This document shows, piece after piece, positions 19,800 to 29,410 of a DNA stretch of 64,000 nucleotides. The notes beneath the pieces were generated by a model, which searched no databases, had not been told where the DNA came from, and saw only the letters and a list, made by a program, of their open reading frames with translations. The translations under genes were made by a program, and so were the position numbers. The stretch is from Elusimicrobiota bacterium. GTDB lineage: Bacteria; Elusimicrobiota; Elusimicrobia; Elusimicrobiales; UBA9959. The stretch lies in assembly GCA_037137395.1 (NCBI GenBank), contig JBAXKK010000002.1:43213-107212 (forward strand), written 5' to 3'. Numbering within the stretch: the first letter of the stretch is position 1; every line of letters begins with the position of its first letter.

Positions 19800-19871
19800 T
19801 GCCGCGAGTTGGGATCGAACCAACGACACCTGGTTTTTCAGACCAGTGCTCTACCACTGAGCTACCGCGGC
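19800..19871 (-). tRNA. tRNA-Phe (GAA), CCA not encoded
   Basis: Reverse complement GCCGCGGTAGCTCAGTGGTAGAGCACTGGTCT-GAA-AAACCAGGTGTCGTTGGTTCGATCCCAACTCGCGGCA folds into a cloverleaf. Confidence 0.96.
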
Positions 19872-19947
19872 ACCTGTGGTAATTCTACATTGATAATATT
19901 AGCATTTTTAGCAAAAGAGATTAAGGGTTCCGGACAAAAATCTTGTT

Positions 19948-20553
19948 TCAGTCTTTGCGCATGGAGTAAAACTTCTCTTGAGAATGGGCTACAGGCATCT
20001 CGCTGACAACCCTAAAACCCCAATGCTCATATTTCTGGACATTTTCCGCGCTCTGGGTGATCAGGGTGCAGGGAAGCCCTTCTTTTTCAGCTCTAGCCAG
20101 CATGGGCCTGATAAGCAGCGAGGAGAACTTCTTGTCCCTGAACTGAGGGCGCACGGCCACCAAGTGCAGATACCACTGAGGTTTTTGGCCGAGACGCGCC
20201 GTCAACGCGGAAATTACATCGTTAACTGCCTGCATCTTTTCCATAGTCCCTGGATCCGCGAAATCTTGCGCTCTGAAGGGGTCAGAATCAGTATCCTCCG
20301 AGTGGCCCATGCCGGGAGGGAACCAAATGCTCACCGCTTCCAGACTCGGGGATACCCCCTGTCTTACAGCCTTGGGAGAACAGGAGGTCACGAGTGAACG
20401 AAAAAATCGCTTCTTCAGGATGAGATGATCGGGTTCGTCCTGGAACATAAAATTCCCGATAGGGTCATTGGCGCCGATAAACGCGTCGACGGTTGCGTCG
20501 GCCGCCTCATTAATCCTGCTCAATGGTACTTCGTATAGATTTGTATTAAACAT
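19948..20553 (-). CDS. GNAT N-acetyltransferase
   Basis: WYLHLVAVRPQFRDK and NVQKYEHWGF; layout resembles puromycin acetyltransferase. Confidence 0.8.
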   Translation of the reverse strand: MFNTNLYEVPLSRINEAADATVDAFIGANDPIGNFMFQDEPDHLILKKRFFRSLVTSCSPKAVRQGVSPSLEAVSIWFPPGMGHSEDTDSDPFRAQDFADPGTMEKMQAVNDVISALTARLGQKPQWYLHLVAVRPQFRDKKFSSLLIRPMLARAEKEGLPCTLITQSAENVQKYEHWGFRVVSEMPVAHSQEKFYSMRKD

Positions 20554-20936
20554 AAGCAATTATTGTGAGAAATTAGCGCAAGCAACGATTACACACCCCT
20601 CTCACATGAACCTCCTGACGCTAAAAAGTAGAAAGCAATTTCTTATTCCTATTGTACAAAAGTCGCAACATTTTATGGAATTTTACGGGATTCCCGCTGG
20701 CCGGGCAGATGAGGCTGAGGGAAATTGACCGTTTCAGCCTTAAACCGGGAATGCTGCTGCGGTGCGGGAAGGCGTCTTTGTTTTGTGGTAGAATGTTTTC
20801 ATGACTTTACTCCTGAAACATGCCGGGGCAGCCGCCGCCTCCAGAACACTTCCGCCGAAAGCGGTTTACATTCCGGAAGTACAATTCATGATTACGCACT
20901 GTTTACCATTTATTACCTACTTTACCCCATACACAT

Positions 20937-21692
20937 ATGATAATCGATAAGAAACTTCTGGAAGCCACATACGACAGGTTCAACCATAAGGAATTCATAC
21001 ATCCTGACCCTCTTGAATTTGTTTACCGCTATAAGGCGCTCGGAGACCGGGAGGTGGCCGGCTTCATAGCCGCCGCGCTAGCCTATGGCAATGTGACGCA
21101 GATATTGAAAAGCGTGGAGAAGGTTTTGGCGCCCATGAAATCTTCGCCCAGCCGCTGGCTGATGAAAACCTCACCGCGTGAAATAACCCGAATATTCGCT
21201 CCGTTCAAACATCGTTTCACCACTGGTCGGGAACTGACGGCTTTCCTTATTAATATAAAAACCGCTCTGGAGAAGCACCGCTCGCTTGAAATCTGCTTTT
21301 TAAAACATTACAGGCCGGCCGAAGAAACCCTTGCCGGGGCAATTTACGCCTTCGTGAACGATTTTAATTCTAAAGCCTGCGCTCCAACTTTAACGCCCTG
21401 CCCGGAGAAAAAAAGCTCATTTAAACGCCTTAATCTTTTCCTGCGCTGGATGGTCAGGAGCGACGAGGTGGATCCTGGAGTCTGGAAACAAGTGTCCCCA
21501 GCAAAGCTGATAATCCCGCTGGATACGCATATGTTCCAAGTAGCGAAAACGATGGAGCTGACCGCAAGGAAGGACGCCTCCATGAAAACGGCTCTTGAGA
21601 TTACCGCCGCTTTCAGAAAAGTCAGCCCTTTGGACCCGGTCCGCTATGACTTTTCCCTTACCCGCGCGGGGATAAGGCGTAACAATATTTAA
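20937..21692 (+). CDS. TIGR02757 / DUF2400 family protein
   Basis: DP near the N-terminus, LAYG, KRLNLFLRWMVR, VDPGVW, IPLDTH and DPVRYDF. Confidence 0.88.
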   Translation: MIIDKKLLEATYDRFNHKEFIHPDPLEFVYRYKALGDREVAGFIAAALAYGNVTQILKSVEKVLAPMKSSPSRWLMKTSPREITRIFAPFKHRFTTGRELTAFLINIKTALEKHRSLEICFLKHYRPAEETLAGAIYAFVNDFNSKACAPTLTPCPEKKSSFKRLNLFLRWMVRSDEVDPGVWKQVSPAKLIIPLDTHMFQVAKTMELTARKDASMKTALEITAAFRKVSPLDPVRYDFSLTRAGIRRNNI

Positions 21693-21737
21693 GCTCTGTA
21701 TATTTGTTAGAATACTCACAGTGATTGGGAGGAAATA

Positions 21738-22310
21738 ATGAAACTAAAAGGCACGCAGACTGAAAAAAACCTGCTCACGGCTTTCGCCGGAGAGTCGCAG
21801 GCTAGAAACCGTTATACCTACTTCGCGGGCATCGCGAAAAAGGAAGGTTACATACAGATATTTAAAATATTTGAAGAAACAGCTGAGCAGGAAAAAGAGC
21901 ACGCCAAAAGATTCTTCAAGTTCCTGGAAGGCGGAGAGGTCATGGTGGAAGCCGCTTTCCCCGCCGGCGTCCTAGGCACGACCAAAGACAATCTTAAAGC
22001 CTCAGCCGACGGCGAGGCTTTTGAGTGGGGCAACCTTTACCCGAACTTCGCCAAAAAAGCGAGGGAGGAGGGTTTTGAGGCCGTCGCCAAAGTATTTGAA
22101 GATATCTCGGTAGCGGAAAAGCAGCACGAAAAAAGGTACCGCGGCCTGCACAAGAATCTTTTGGACGGTAAAGTCTTCAAGAAGGACCATAAAACAGTCT
22201 GGCGCTGCATCAACTGCGGTTACACACATGAGGGAGAGCACGCCCCGGAAAACTGTCCGGCCTGCGCACACCCCAAAGCTTATTTTGAAGTACTCGCGGA
22301 GAACTGGTAG
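21738..22310 (+). CDS. rbr: Rubrerythrin
   Basis: AFAGESQARNRY, EKEHAK, EKQHE and C-terminal CINCG...CPAC. Confidence 0.95.
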   Translation: MKLKGTQTEKNLLTAFAGESQARNRYTYFAGIAKKEGYIQIFKIFEETAEQEKEHAKRFFKFLEGGEVMVEAAFPAGVLGTTKDNLKASADGEAFEWGNLYPNFAKKAREEGFEAVAKVFEDISVAEKQHEKRYRGLHKNLLDGKVFKKDHKTVWRCINCGYTHEGEHAPENCPACAHPKAYFEVLAENW

Positions 22311-22318
22311 GAAAAACC

Positions 22319-22396
22319 GCCATAGGCCTTAAGCCATACGCCATAAGCAGAGCGGCTGCCAAGGTATAATATGGCCTAAAGCATACGGCATATGGC
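22319..22396. repeat. Inverted heptamer arrays, GCCATAN family
   Basis: gccatag gccttaa gccatac gccataa gc ... atggcctaaagcatacggcatatggc. Confidence 0.8.
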
Positions 22397-22430
22397 AATA
22401 ATTCACCTCTGTAATATTTAGGAGACATTT

Positions 22431-22988
22431 ATGGACGAAAACATCAACGAATTAAACGCGGAAGAAAAAAGTGAAACTGTAAAGCGCACCGTGACCATGC
22501 AGGGCAGGCCCATGACACTTGCGGGAGATGAAATTAAAGTCGGAATGCCGGCCCCGGATTTCAAGGCAACCAACAACGATATGCTGCCGATGAAATTTTC
22601 CAGAACCTACAGCGGTAAGATATCAATCATCTCCGCGGTCCCCTCGCTGGACACCCCAGTCTGTGACCTGGAAACCCGCCGTTTCAACAAAGAGGCCGAA
22701 CTCCTGGGCCCGGAAGTGAACGTGCTGACCATAAGCATGGACCTGCCATTCGCCCAGAAGCGCTGGTGCGGAGCCGCCGCCGTAAAAGCCGTACATACTT
22801 ATTCAGACTACCAGAAAGCGGATTTCGGCAAGTCCTACGGAGTGCTTATAAAAGACCTGCGACTCCTGGCACGCGCGATCTTCATAGTGGACAAGGACGG
22901 TATAGTGAAATACGTGCAGATAGTGCCGGAAGTTTCCAAAGAGCCTGATTATGAGTCTGTTCTAACCGCGCTGAAAGCTTTAGTATAG
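22431..22988 (+). CDS. tpx: Thiol peroxidase
   Basis: VPSLDTPVC and SMDLPFAQKRWC. Confidence 0.95.
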   Translation: MDENINELNAEEKSETVKRTVTMQGRPMTLAGDEIKVGMPAPDFKATNNDMLPMKFSRTYSGKISIISAVPSLDTPVCDLETRRFNKEAELLGPEVNVLTISMDLPFAQKRWCGAAAVKAVHTYSDYQKADFGKSYGVLIKDLRLLARAIFIVDKDGIVKYVQIVPEVSKEPDYESVLTALKALV

Positions 22989-23136
22989 AGCCTCGCCTAT
23001 AACAAGTGTTAATGGCGAGTGAAAGCCGCAGTAATTAATGGATAATGGCTGGGCACGGAAGTATCCGGAACTGCCGCGCTGTCTTACTGCCGTACTGTCA
23101 CACTGACGACTAAGCTGTATCAAGGAGAATATAAAT

Positions 23137-23517
23137 ATGGCTGAGATGAAAGAGATCTACAAATGCGACGCCTGCGGCAACATAGTCGAAGTCCTGCATG
23201 GGGGTCCGGGCGGCCTGGTCTGCTGCGGAGCGGACATGAGGCTGTTTTTTGAAAACACGACCGACGCTTCAAAAGAAAAACATGTGCCCGTCATAGAAAA
23301 AACAGCGACAAGCTACAAAGTTAAAGTGGGCAGCGTCCCCCATCCAATGGATGATAAGCATTACATAGAGTGGATAGAGCTGGTGGCCGACGGTAAATCG
23401 TTCAGGGAGTTCCTGAAACCCGGCGCCGAGCCCCAAGCCGTGTTCTGCCTGTGCTTTGAGCCTAAAGAGCTATATGCACGGGAATACTGCAACCTGCACG
23501 GGCTATGGAAAGCATAA
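23137..23517 (+). CDS. dfx: Desulfoferrodoxin (2Fe superoxide reductase)
   Basis: YKC..CGN, CCG, EKHVP, HPM...HYIEWI and YCNLHGLW. Confidence 0.95.
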   Translation: MAEMKEIYKCDACGNIVEVLHGGPGGLVCCGADMRLFFENTTDASKEKHVPVIEKTATSYKVKVGSVPHPMDDKHYIEWIELVADGKSFREFLKPGAEPQAVFCLCFEPKELYAREYCNLHGLWKA

Positions 23518-23554
23518 ACGCGGTGGATACGCGAGAGAGTTTAAGGAGATTATT

Positions 23555-23716
23555 ATGAAAAAATATGTATGCAAACTTTGCGGCTACATCTACGACCCGC
23601 AACTTGGAGATCCGGACAATAATGTCCCCCCCGGCACTCCTTTTGAAAAAGTACCGGCCACCTGGGTCTGCCCCCTCTGCGGGGCCGGCAAGGATGAGTT
23701 TGAACCGGAAAACTGA
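23555..23716 (+). CDS. Rubredoxin
   Basis: [15 protein letters not shown]...WVCPLCG with SD AAGGAG. Confidence 0.95.
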   Translation: MKKYVCKLCGYIYDPQLGDPDNNVPPGTPFEKVPATWVCPLCGAGKDEFEPEN

Positions 23717-23787
23717 TGGCTGAGGCCGGAGCGCCCGGATCAAAAAGATTGCCGCCAGCCGGGATGAGAAATACAGGGTGATCCCTG

Positions 23788-23824
23788 GAAACCCCCTTTT
23801 TTAAGAAAAGGGGGTTTTTATTTT
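23788..23824 (+). terminator. Intrinsic terminator
   Basis: AAACCCCCTTTT-ttaag-AAAAGGGGGTTT followed by a T-rich tail. Confidence 0.8.
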
Positions 23825-23951
23825 GACCTAATTTTTAATAAACATTTGGAATAATAGTAAATATATCAGTTTTTATATTATACATTTTGTTTTTTAAATT
23901 AGTTTTTGCTATATTTATACTAATATCAATTTGCATCAAAGGAGCAAATCC

Positions 23952-25403
23952 ATGCCCATAACGAAATCTACCGGAGCGGTAATCCTAAAAAATTTCCTTG
24001 AAATACCCTATGACGAATTAGAGGCGATAAATCTTGAAGCGGCGGAAGCGGCTGAAACACTCCCCCCCGCGGAACTTGAAAAAAAATACCGCTCGTATCT
24101 GCACAAAGAAAAACGCATCAAAGCGGTAACGCTTTGTTTCTCAGATATAGAAGGGCGCTTCCATATGCTCGACTATGATAAGCAGTATTTTTTAAAAGCG
24201 GATGACAACCTGACCTTTGACGGCTCATCCATCCGCGGTTTTTCCGCGCAAAAGGAGTCCGATCTCAGACTCGGGATCGACTGGAGCAGCATCTTCTGGC
24301 TCCCCTCCGATGTGTTCGGTCCGGGCAAGGTAATTCTTTTCGCCACGGTCCTAAACCGGGACAAGACCCCCTACGAATCCGATTTCCGTGCGCATCTGGC
24401 CGAACTCGCAAGGGAAATGAAAAAAACGCGAGGCATCACCGCGAATGTCGCCGCCGAAGTGGAAGGCTTCCTAGTAAACGGGCTCAATGCCGAACAAATC
24501 TACGATAAAGTGAAGGGGTTTGACCTCATTTCTACCGGCGGCTATTTTCACTCCCTGCCTCTGGACCGCCTAAAAATATTCATAGACACCGCCGCCGAGT
24601 CACAAAGGGCTATGGGATTCAAGAACGAAAAGGACCATCCGGAAGTGGCGCCCTCACAGTTCGAACTCAACTTTTCTTACGCTAATGCTGTACGAGCCTG
24701 TGACATGATCCAGCTGTATAAACTCGTCTGCCGCCAGGTGGCCGCGAACATGGGAATGACCGCGACATTTCTTCCAAAGCCGGTTTCCGGAGTGAATGGC
24801 AGCGGCATGCATCTTAATCTCTCTTTTTTTAAGGGCGGACAGAATATTTTCTACGATAAGAAAGGGGAGGACGGCCTGTCAGCGATAGCCTGGAACGCTA
24901 TTTCACGGATACTTAATAACGCTCAGGAACTTTCGCTTATCTTAAATTCAAGCGTGAACGCCTACCGGCGCCTGGATCCGCGCTTTGAAGCTCCGAACCA
25001 GATCAAGGTCTCCTCCGTTGACCGCGGAGCCATGATACGCATCCCTGCCGGGAACGAAACATCCGCCCGCATAGAGATCCGCTCAGTCGGTCCGGACGCA
25101 AATCCGTACCTCGCTTTATACGCGCTCCTTCGCACAGTCCTGGAAGGATCGCCTCTCACGAAAGATAAAAGCAAGCGCGACCGCGTACGGTGCCTTCCGG
25201 GGAATATCTATGACGCCATACGAATATTCCGCGCAAGCGAATTTATAAAGGCGGTTATGGGCGCGGCGTCGCACGAAAAGTACGCGTCGCACAAGCAGGC
25301 TGCCGCGGATCGCAGTCCGAAAGAGTTGGGAATGATAGTAAAGTCGGCGGAAGTCCTATTCCACCACGAAGTGACAAATCAAATGCTCTGGCACAAGTTT
25401 TAA
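23952..25403 (+). CDS. glnA: Glutamine synthetase (type I-like)
   Basis: FDGSSI.GF, HPEVAPSQFE, TATFLPKP..GVNGSGMH, NAYRRL.P.FEAP and IEIRS..PDANPYL. Confidence 0.88.
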   Translation: MPITKSTGAVILKNFLEIPYDELEAINLEAAEAAETLPPAELEKKYRSYLHKEKRIKAVTLCFSDIEGRFHMLDYDKQYFLKADDNLTFDGSSIRGFSAQKESDLRLGIDWSSIFWLPSDVFGPGKVILFATVLNRDKTPYESDFRAHLAELAREMKKTRGITANVAAEVEGFLVNGLNAEQIYDKVKGFDLISTGGYFHSLPLDRLKIFIDTAAESQRAMGFKNEKDHPEVAPSQFELNFSYANAVRACDMIQLYKLVCRQVAANMGMTATFLPKPVSGVNGSGMHLNLSFFKGGQNIFYDKKGEDGLSAIAWNAISRILNNAQELSLILNSSVNAYRRLDPRFEAPNQIKVSSVDRGAMIRIPAGNETSARIEIRSVGPDANPYLALYALLRTVLEGSPLTKDKSKRDRVRCLPGNIYDAIRIFRASEFIKAVMGAASHEKYASHKQAAADRSPKELGMIVKSAEVLFHHEVTNQMLWHKF

Positions 25404-25585
25404 CCTGAAAACTTTAGTTGAAGTTTTCCGCCCGCATAGCGGGCGCCCTTCGGGAGGAATACACCCGTCGGGCCTGTCGCGCATAGCGCTTGGCCCTCCG
25501 CCCGCTTCGCGGTGAATCCTGCAGAATAATCCTGTTCCCCTGATTTCTCTATGGGAATCATTCTGAACTGCAGGATTCGGGTTAA
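25400..25585. mobile_element. MITE-like structured element, copy 2 (inverted relative to copy 1)
   Basis: Bounded by TTAACCTGAA...TTCGGGTTAA. The left TTAA contains the glnA stop codon. Confidence 0.7.
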
Positions 25586-25592
25586 AAAACGC

Positions 25593-25676
25593 AAACAGTG
25601 AAACGTAAAGAGTAAAGAGTTATAAGACATGAACTTTTTGCTCTTTACGATTTACGATTCCCGCTTTACGCTCTTT
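25593..25676. repeat. Inverted heptamer arrays, GTAAAGA/TTTACGN family
   Basis: gtgaaac gtaaaga gtaaaga g ... ctctttacgatttacgattcccgctttacgc. Overlaps the last codons of the Mo-subunit gene. Confidence 0.65.
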
Positions 25677-27973
25677 ATCGCCGCAAGAACTTTCTCGGGA
25701 GTGAACGGCGAAGAAAACAGCCGCGCGCCCACGGCGTCACGCACTGCGTTGGCCACCGCGGGCAGCGGGCCGTTGATGCCTATCTCAGAAACAGACTTGG
25801 CTCCAAAAGGCCCGTTGGGCTCAAACGTAGGAATAAGGATGGTTTTAATAGGCGGCATATCGGCGGTGTTAAATATTTTATAGCGCCGGAAGCTGGCGTT
25901 AAGCGGCGTGCCATTCGAGGAGAACTCCATCTCTTCCGAGAGGGTGTGGCCTATCCCGTTCAGCACGGCCCCGTCGTTCTGGCCTTCAGCCAGTTCCGGA
26001 TTTATGGCGGTGCCGCAGTCTACGCAGGAAATATAATTAAGTATCGTTATCTTGCCTGTCCCCGTATCAACTTCCACTTCCACGAAATTGGCCGCGAAAG
26101 GCGGCGGAGAAGTGTGGGCGTAATGGGAGGCTGAAGCCACGATCTGGTGCTGGTCATAATAATAAAGCGAGGTATTGGCCACCTCGGAAAGGCCGCAGGC
26201 CGCTCCGTCTTTCGCTAAAACCTTTCCACCCTCAAGGCGCAGGTCATCAGGCTTCCTGTCAAGGATCTTCGCCGCCACCGCTATAATCATTTCGCGGACC
26301 TTTTCCGCCGTCTTCTTTACGGCGTTGCCGGAAATGAACGTAGTTGATGAGGCGTAAGCCCCCACATCGAAGGGCGTGAGATCAGTGTCGGATGAATAAA
26401 CTATGACATCTTCGGCTTTTACTCCGAGGACCTCGGCCGCTATCTGGGCGAGGATGGTGTCGGACCCGGTGCCAAGATCCGCGGCGCCTACCATCAGGTT
26501 GAAGGAACCGTCCTCGTTCATCTTAAGCGTGGCGCTGGCCATGTCTACCTCGGGGATGCCGGAGCCCTGCATCATACAGGCCATACCGAGCCCGCGCCTC
26601 AATTGACCGCTCTGGTTTTTATATTTTTTCTTTTTCTCGTGCCACTTTATAGCCTTAAGCCCCGCCTCTATGCCGTCATAAAGACCGATAGACGTGATGA
26701 CCTGCTCAACGCCCTCACGGCCCTCCCCCATGGCTTTAAACACCGGCGAGCCCTCGCCCAGGCGTATGTAGTTTTTTTTGCGGAACTCCACGGGGTCCAT
26801 GCCGATCTTTTCCGCCATTATATCCATCTGCGACTCCCAAGCGAAGAAACCCTGTGTAGCGCCGTAGCCGCGGTAAGCGCCGGAAACCGGCAGATTGGTA
26901 TAAACGCTCTTGCCTATGAATTTTATATTGTTCGCCACCCTGTACATCGGCAGGGTGTGGGATCCCGAGCACATCATAACTGTCAGCGCGTGCGAGCCAT
27001 AGGCGCCGGTATTGAGCGTTATGTCCATCTCGGCGTCTGTTATCGTACCGTCTTTACGAACCCCTGTCTTTAGCCGCACGATGGCGGGATGTCGCGTGCG
27101 CGATGAAATAAAAGTTTCCCTGCGCGTGTATTCAATTTTAACAGGCTTCCCGGTTTTAAGCGTAAGGGCGGCCGTAATATCTTCAAGCAGAACTTCCTGC
27201 TTGGAGCCGAAGCCGCCGCCGATGCGCGGCTTTATAACCCGGATCTTCTTGACGGGCATCCTGAGCGCCTGGGCCACGATGCGCCGGACGTGAAACGGGA
27301 CCTGCGTTGAAGTCCTGATGACCAGGCGGCCAAAATGGTCGAAACTTGTTATAACCGTATGCGGCTCGATGGCGCAATGCTGGAGATAGGGCATTTTATA
27401 GGTATGCTCTATCACAAAATCGGCGTCCTTAAACCAATCTCCGTTCCTGACTTCAAAATCAAATTTGGCGGCGATATTATGCTTCGCGTCCGGAATATTT
27501 TTCGCGTCTTCCTCGTCATGAATTACGGGCGCGCCGTCCTTAACGGCCTCAAAAACATCAAAGACGGCCGGCAGGATCTCGTAGTCAACCTTTATCAGCT
27601 TCAGCGCCGCGTCCGCGGCCTCGGGAGTCTCGGCGGCCACGGCGGCCACCCGGTCGCCAACGAAGCGCACCTTGCTGTCAAGCACATATGAATCGTAAGG
27701 TGAAGGCTCAGGATACCCCTGACCGGCCGTAGTGTGCGGCACCCGGGGAACGTTCTTATAGGTAAGAACGGCTTTCACCCCAGGGACCTTTTCGGCCTCC
27801 CTGGTGTCTATTTTTTTGATCCGGGCATGGGCGTAATGGCTCCACAGGATACGGCCGTAAAGCATCCCGTTGATGTCCACATCGTCGGTGAAGACCGGTT
27901 CGCCGCAGGCCAGGCCCAAAGCGTCCATCTTCAGCACGCGCTTGTTAACTACTTTCAAATTTTCAGTTTCCAT
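25652..27973 (-). CDS. Xanthine dehydrogenase family molybdopterin-binding subunit (XdhD-like)
   Basis: STQVPF, GGGFGSK, AYRGYG..Q, ASST and GPFGAKSVSE with the catalytic Glu. Confidence 0.92.
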   Translation of the reverse strand: METENLKVVNKRVLKMDALGLACGEPVFTDDVDINGMLYGRILWSHYAHARIKKIDTREAEKVPGVKAVLTYKNVPRVPHTTAGQGYPEPSPYDSYVLDSKVRFVGDRVAAVAAETPEAADAALKLIKVDYEILPAVFDVFEAVKDGAPVIHDEEDAKNIPDAKHNIAAKFDFEVRNGDWFKDADFVIEHTYKMPYLQHCAIEPHTVITSFDHFGRLVIRTSTQVPFHVRRIVAQALRMPVKKIRVIKPRIGGGFGSKQEVLLEDITAALTLKTGKPVKIEYTRRETFISSRTRHPAIVRLKTGVRKDGTITDAEMDITLNTGAYGSHALTVMMCSGSHTLPMYRVANNIKFIGKSVYTNLPVSGAYRGYGATQGFFAWESQMDIMAEKIGMDPVEFRKKNYIRLGEGSPVFKAMGEGREGVEQVITSIGLYDGIEAGLKAIKWHEKKKKYKNQSGQLRRGLGMACMMQGSGIPEVDMASATLKMNEDGSFNLMVGAADLGTGSDTILAQIAAEVLGVKAEDVIVYSSDTDLTPFDVGAYASSTTFISGNAVKKTAEKVREMIIAVAAKILDRKPDDLRLEGGKVLAKDGAACGLSEVANTSLYYYDQHQIVASASHYAHTSPPPFAANFVEVEVDTGTGKITILNYISCVDCGTAINPELAEGQNDGAVLNGIGHTLSEEMEFSSNGTPLNASFRRYKIFNTADMPPIKTILIPTFEPNGPFGAKSVSEIGINGPLPAVANAVRDAVGARLFSSPFTPEKVLAAIKSVKRES

Positions 27974-27987
27974 AAAATTATCTCCGA

Positions 27988-28066
27988 TTTTCAGGTTACA
28001 GGGGTCAGGTTTCAGGCTACAGATAAAAAATTCCGCCTGCTACCTGCCACCTGTTACCTGGCGCCT
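27988..28066. repeat. Inverted heptamer arrays, CAGGNNN/ACCTGNN family
   Basis: tttcaggttacaggggtcaggtttcaggctacag ... cctgctacctgccacctgttacctgg. Confidence 0.75.
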
Positions 28067-28563
28067 TTTAACTTTTTCGCGGCGGCTTTTACCGCCGCGA
28101 TCTGTTTTACATAGCCGGTGCAGCGGCATAGATTTCCATCAAGATATTTCCGGATTTCCTCTTCGGACGGTTCGGGATTGGCGTCCAGCAGATGTTTAGA
28201 GGACAGGATCATGCCCGGAATACAAAAGCCGCACTGCACAGCCCCGGCTTCAACAAAAGCTTCCTGGAGCGGATGGGGGTTCTGGACCGTGCCCAAGCCC
28301 TCTATCGTTGTGATCTCACTTCCATGAGCGGCGAACGCCGGTATAAGACAGGCAAGCGCCGGCTTACCGTTAAAAATAACGGTACATGAGCCGCAGTCGC
28401 CGGTATCGCAGCCTTTCTTTACGCTCTTGTAGCCGTGGCGCCGCAGGGCGTCCAGCAGAAATTCGGTATTCTTCACGCTGAAACTTTTTTTTACGCCGTT
28501 AATTCCCAGGCATATCTCAAAGATCCCATTAACGGCTTCGAGTCTGGCGTTCTCTTTTTTCAT
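28054..28563 (-). CDS. Mo-hydroxylase [2Fe-2S] subunit
   Basis: GCDTGDCGSC, QCGFC and GNLCRCTGY. Confidence 0.93.
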   Translation of the reverse strand: MKKENARLEAVNGIFEICLGINGVKKSFSVKNTEFLLDALRRHGYKSVKKGCDTGDCGSCTVIFNGKPALACLIPAFAAHGSEITTIEGLGTVQNPHPLQEAFVEAGAVQCGFCIPGMILSSKHLLDANPEPSEEEIRKYLDGNLCRCTGYVKQIAAVKAAAKKLKGAR

Positions 28564-28572
28564 TTTGTCCTC

Positions 28573-29400
28573 TCAGATACCGTTTAAAAATCTTTTGAAG
28601 AGGCTGGAGGCCGCTTCTTTCTTAAATTCGCTCGCGCGGGCGCCGTCCAGGTCGCGCGCAAATTCCAGCGCGGCCGAATCTATGGTTCCGGAGGTGAGCT
28701 TAACTCCGGACAAGGCCTTCTCAGCGGCCAGGGCACGGAACGGCTTTGGCGAGAGCGCCCCCACGGAGATACGGATTTCTTTTACCACCCCCCCCTTCAC
28801 CGAAGCCGCCATAAAAAGCGTCAGATAGGCTTCCCAGCTGGCCTCAGTTTTGGCGAGTTTCTCGAACCGGCAGATCCAGTTCCGGGTTTTACCCGGGATA
28901 ATTATGTCAAGGATCAGACAGTCGCGCCCCGGCTTGAACTTAAAATCCCCGCCATAGATATCGGAGAACAGATATGTCTTCACACCGATTTTGGAGAGTA
29001 CCCTAACCTTGGCGTCCAGTCCGATCAGCACTGCCGGAAAAATATTAAAGGAATGCGGCCTGGCGATATTGCCGCCTATGGTGGCCATATTGCGGATGAG
29101 TTGGCTTGAGCACCGGGCCGCCGCGCCTGAGATAGTCCCGCCGGCCCACCCCCTGACCAGTTTTGAATTATCTATGTCGTCAAAGGTCGCCATCGCGCCG
29201 ATTACAAGGTCAGCCCCATGCTTTTTAATATAGCCCAGAGGCAGGTTTTTAAGGTTGACGAAATTTTCCACTGTTTCAGGCAGGGTTTTAGCCACCAGAG
29301 TCCCTCCGGCCACGGCCAGAGCTTCAGCTTTACGGCTTAAAAGCCAGGCTAGCGCGGCCTGGGGCGTTTCGGGAAAACTGCAATACTTAATGTTGTTCAT
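28573..29400 (-). CDS. Mo-hydroxylase FAD-binding subunit
   Basis: AGGT and IRNMATIGGN. Confidence 0.88.
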   Translation of the reverse strand: MNNIKYCSFPETPQAALAWLLSRKAEALAVAGGTLVAKTLPETVENFVNLKNLPLGYIKKHGADLVIGAMATFDDIDNSKLVRGWAGGTISGAAARCSSQLIRNMATIGGNIARPHSFNIFPAVLIGLDAKVRVLSKIGVKTYLFSDIYGGDFKFKPGRDCLILDIIIPGKTRNWICRFEKLAKTEASWEAYLTLFMAASVKGGVVKEIRISVGALSPKPFRALAAEKALSGVKLTSGTIDSAALEFARDLDGARASEFKKEAASSLFKRFLNGI

Positions 29401-29410
29401 GATATATCCT

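Noticed and set aside
19800..19871. tRNA-Phe as a prophage or island attachment site
   Set aside because: No integrase and no duplicated tRNA 3' end seen in the window.
20562..20607. Selenopeptide M-U-E-G-C from AUG-UGA readthrough
   Set aside because: Only 15 codons, poor SD spacing, no recognisable SECIS and no sel genes in view.
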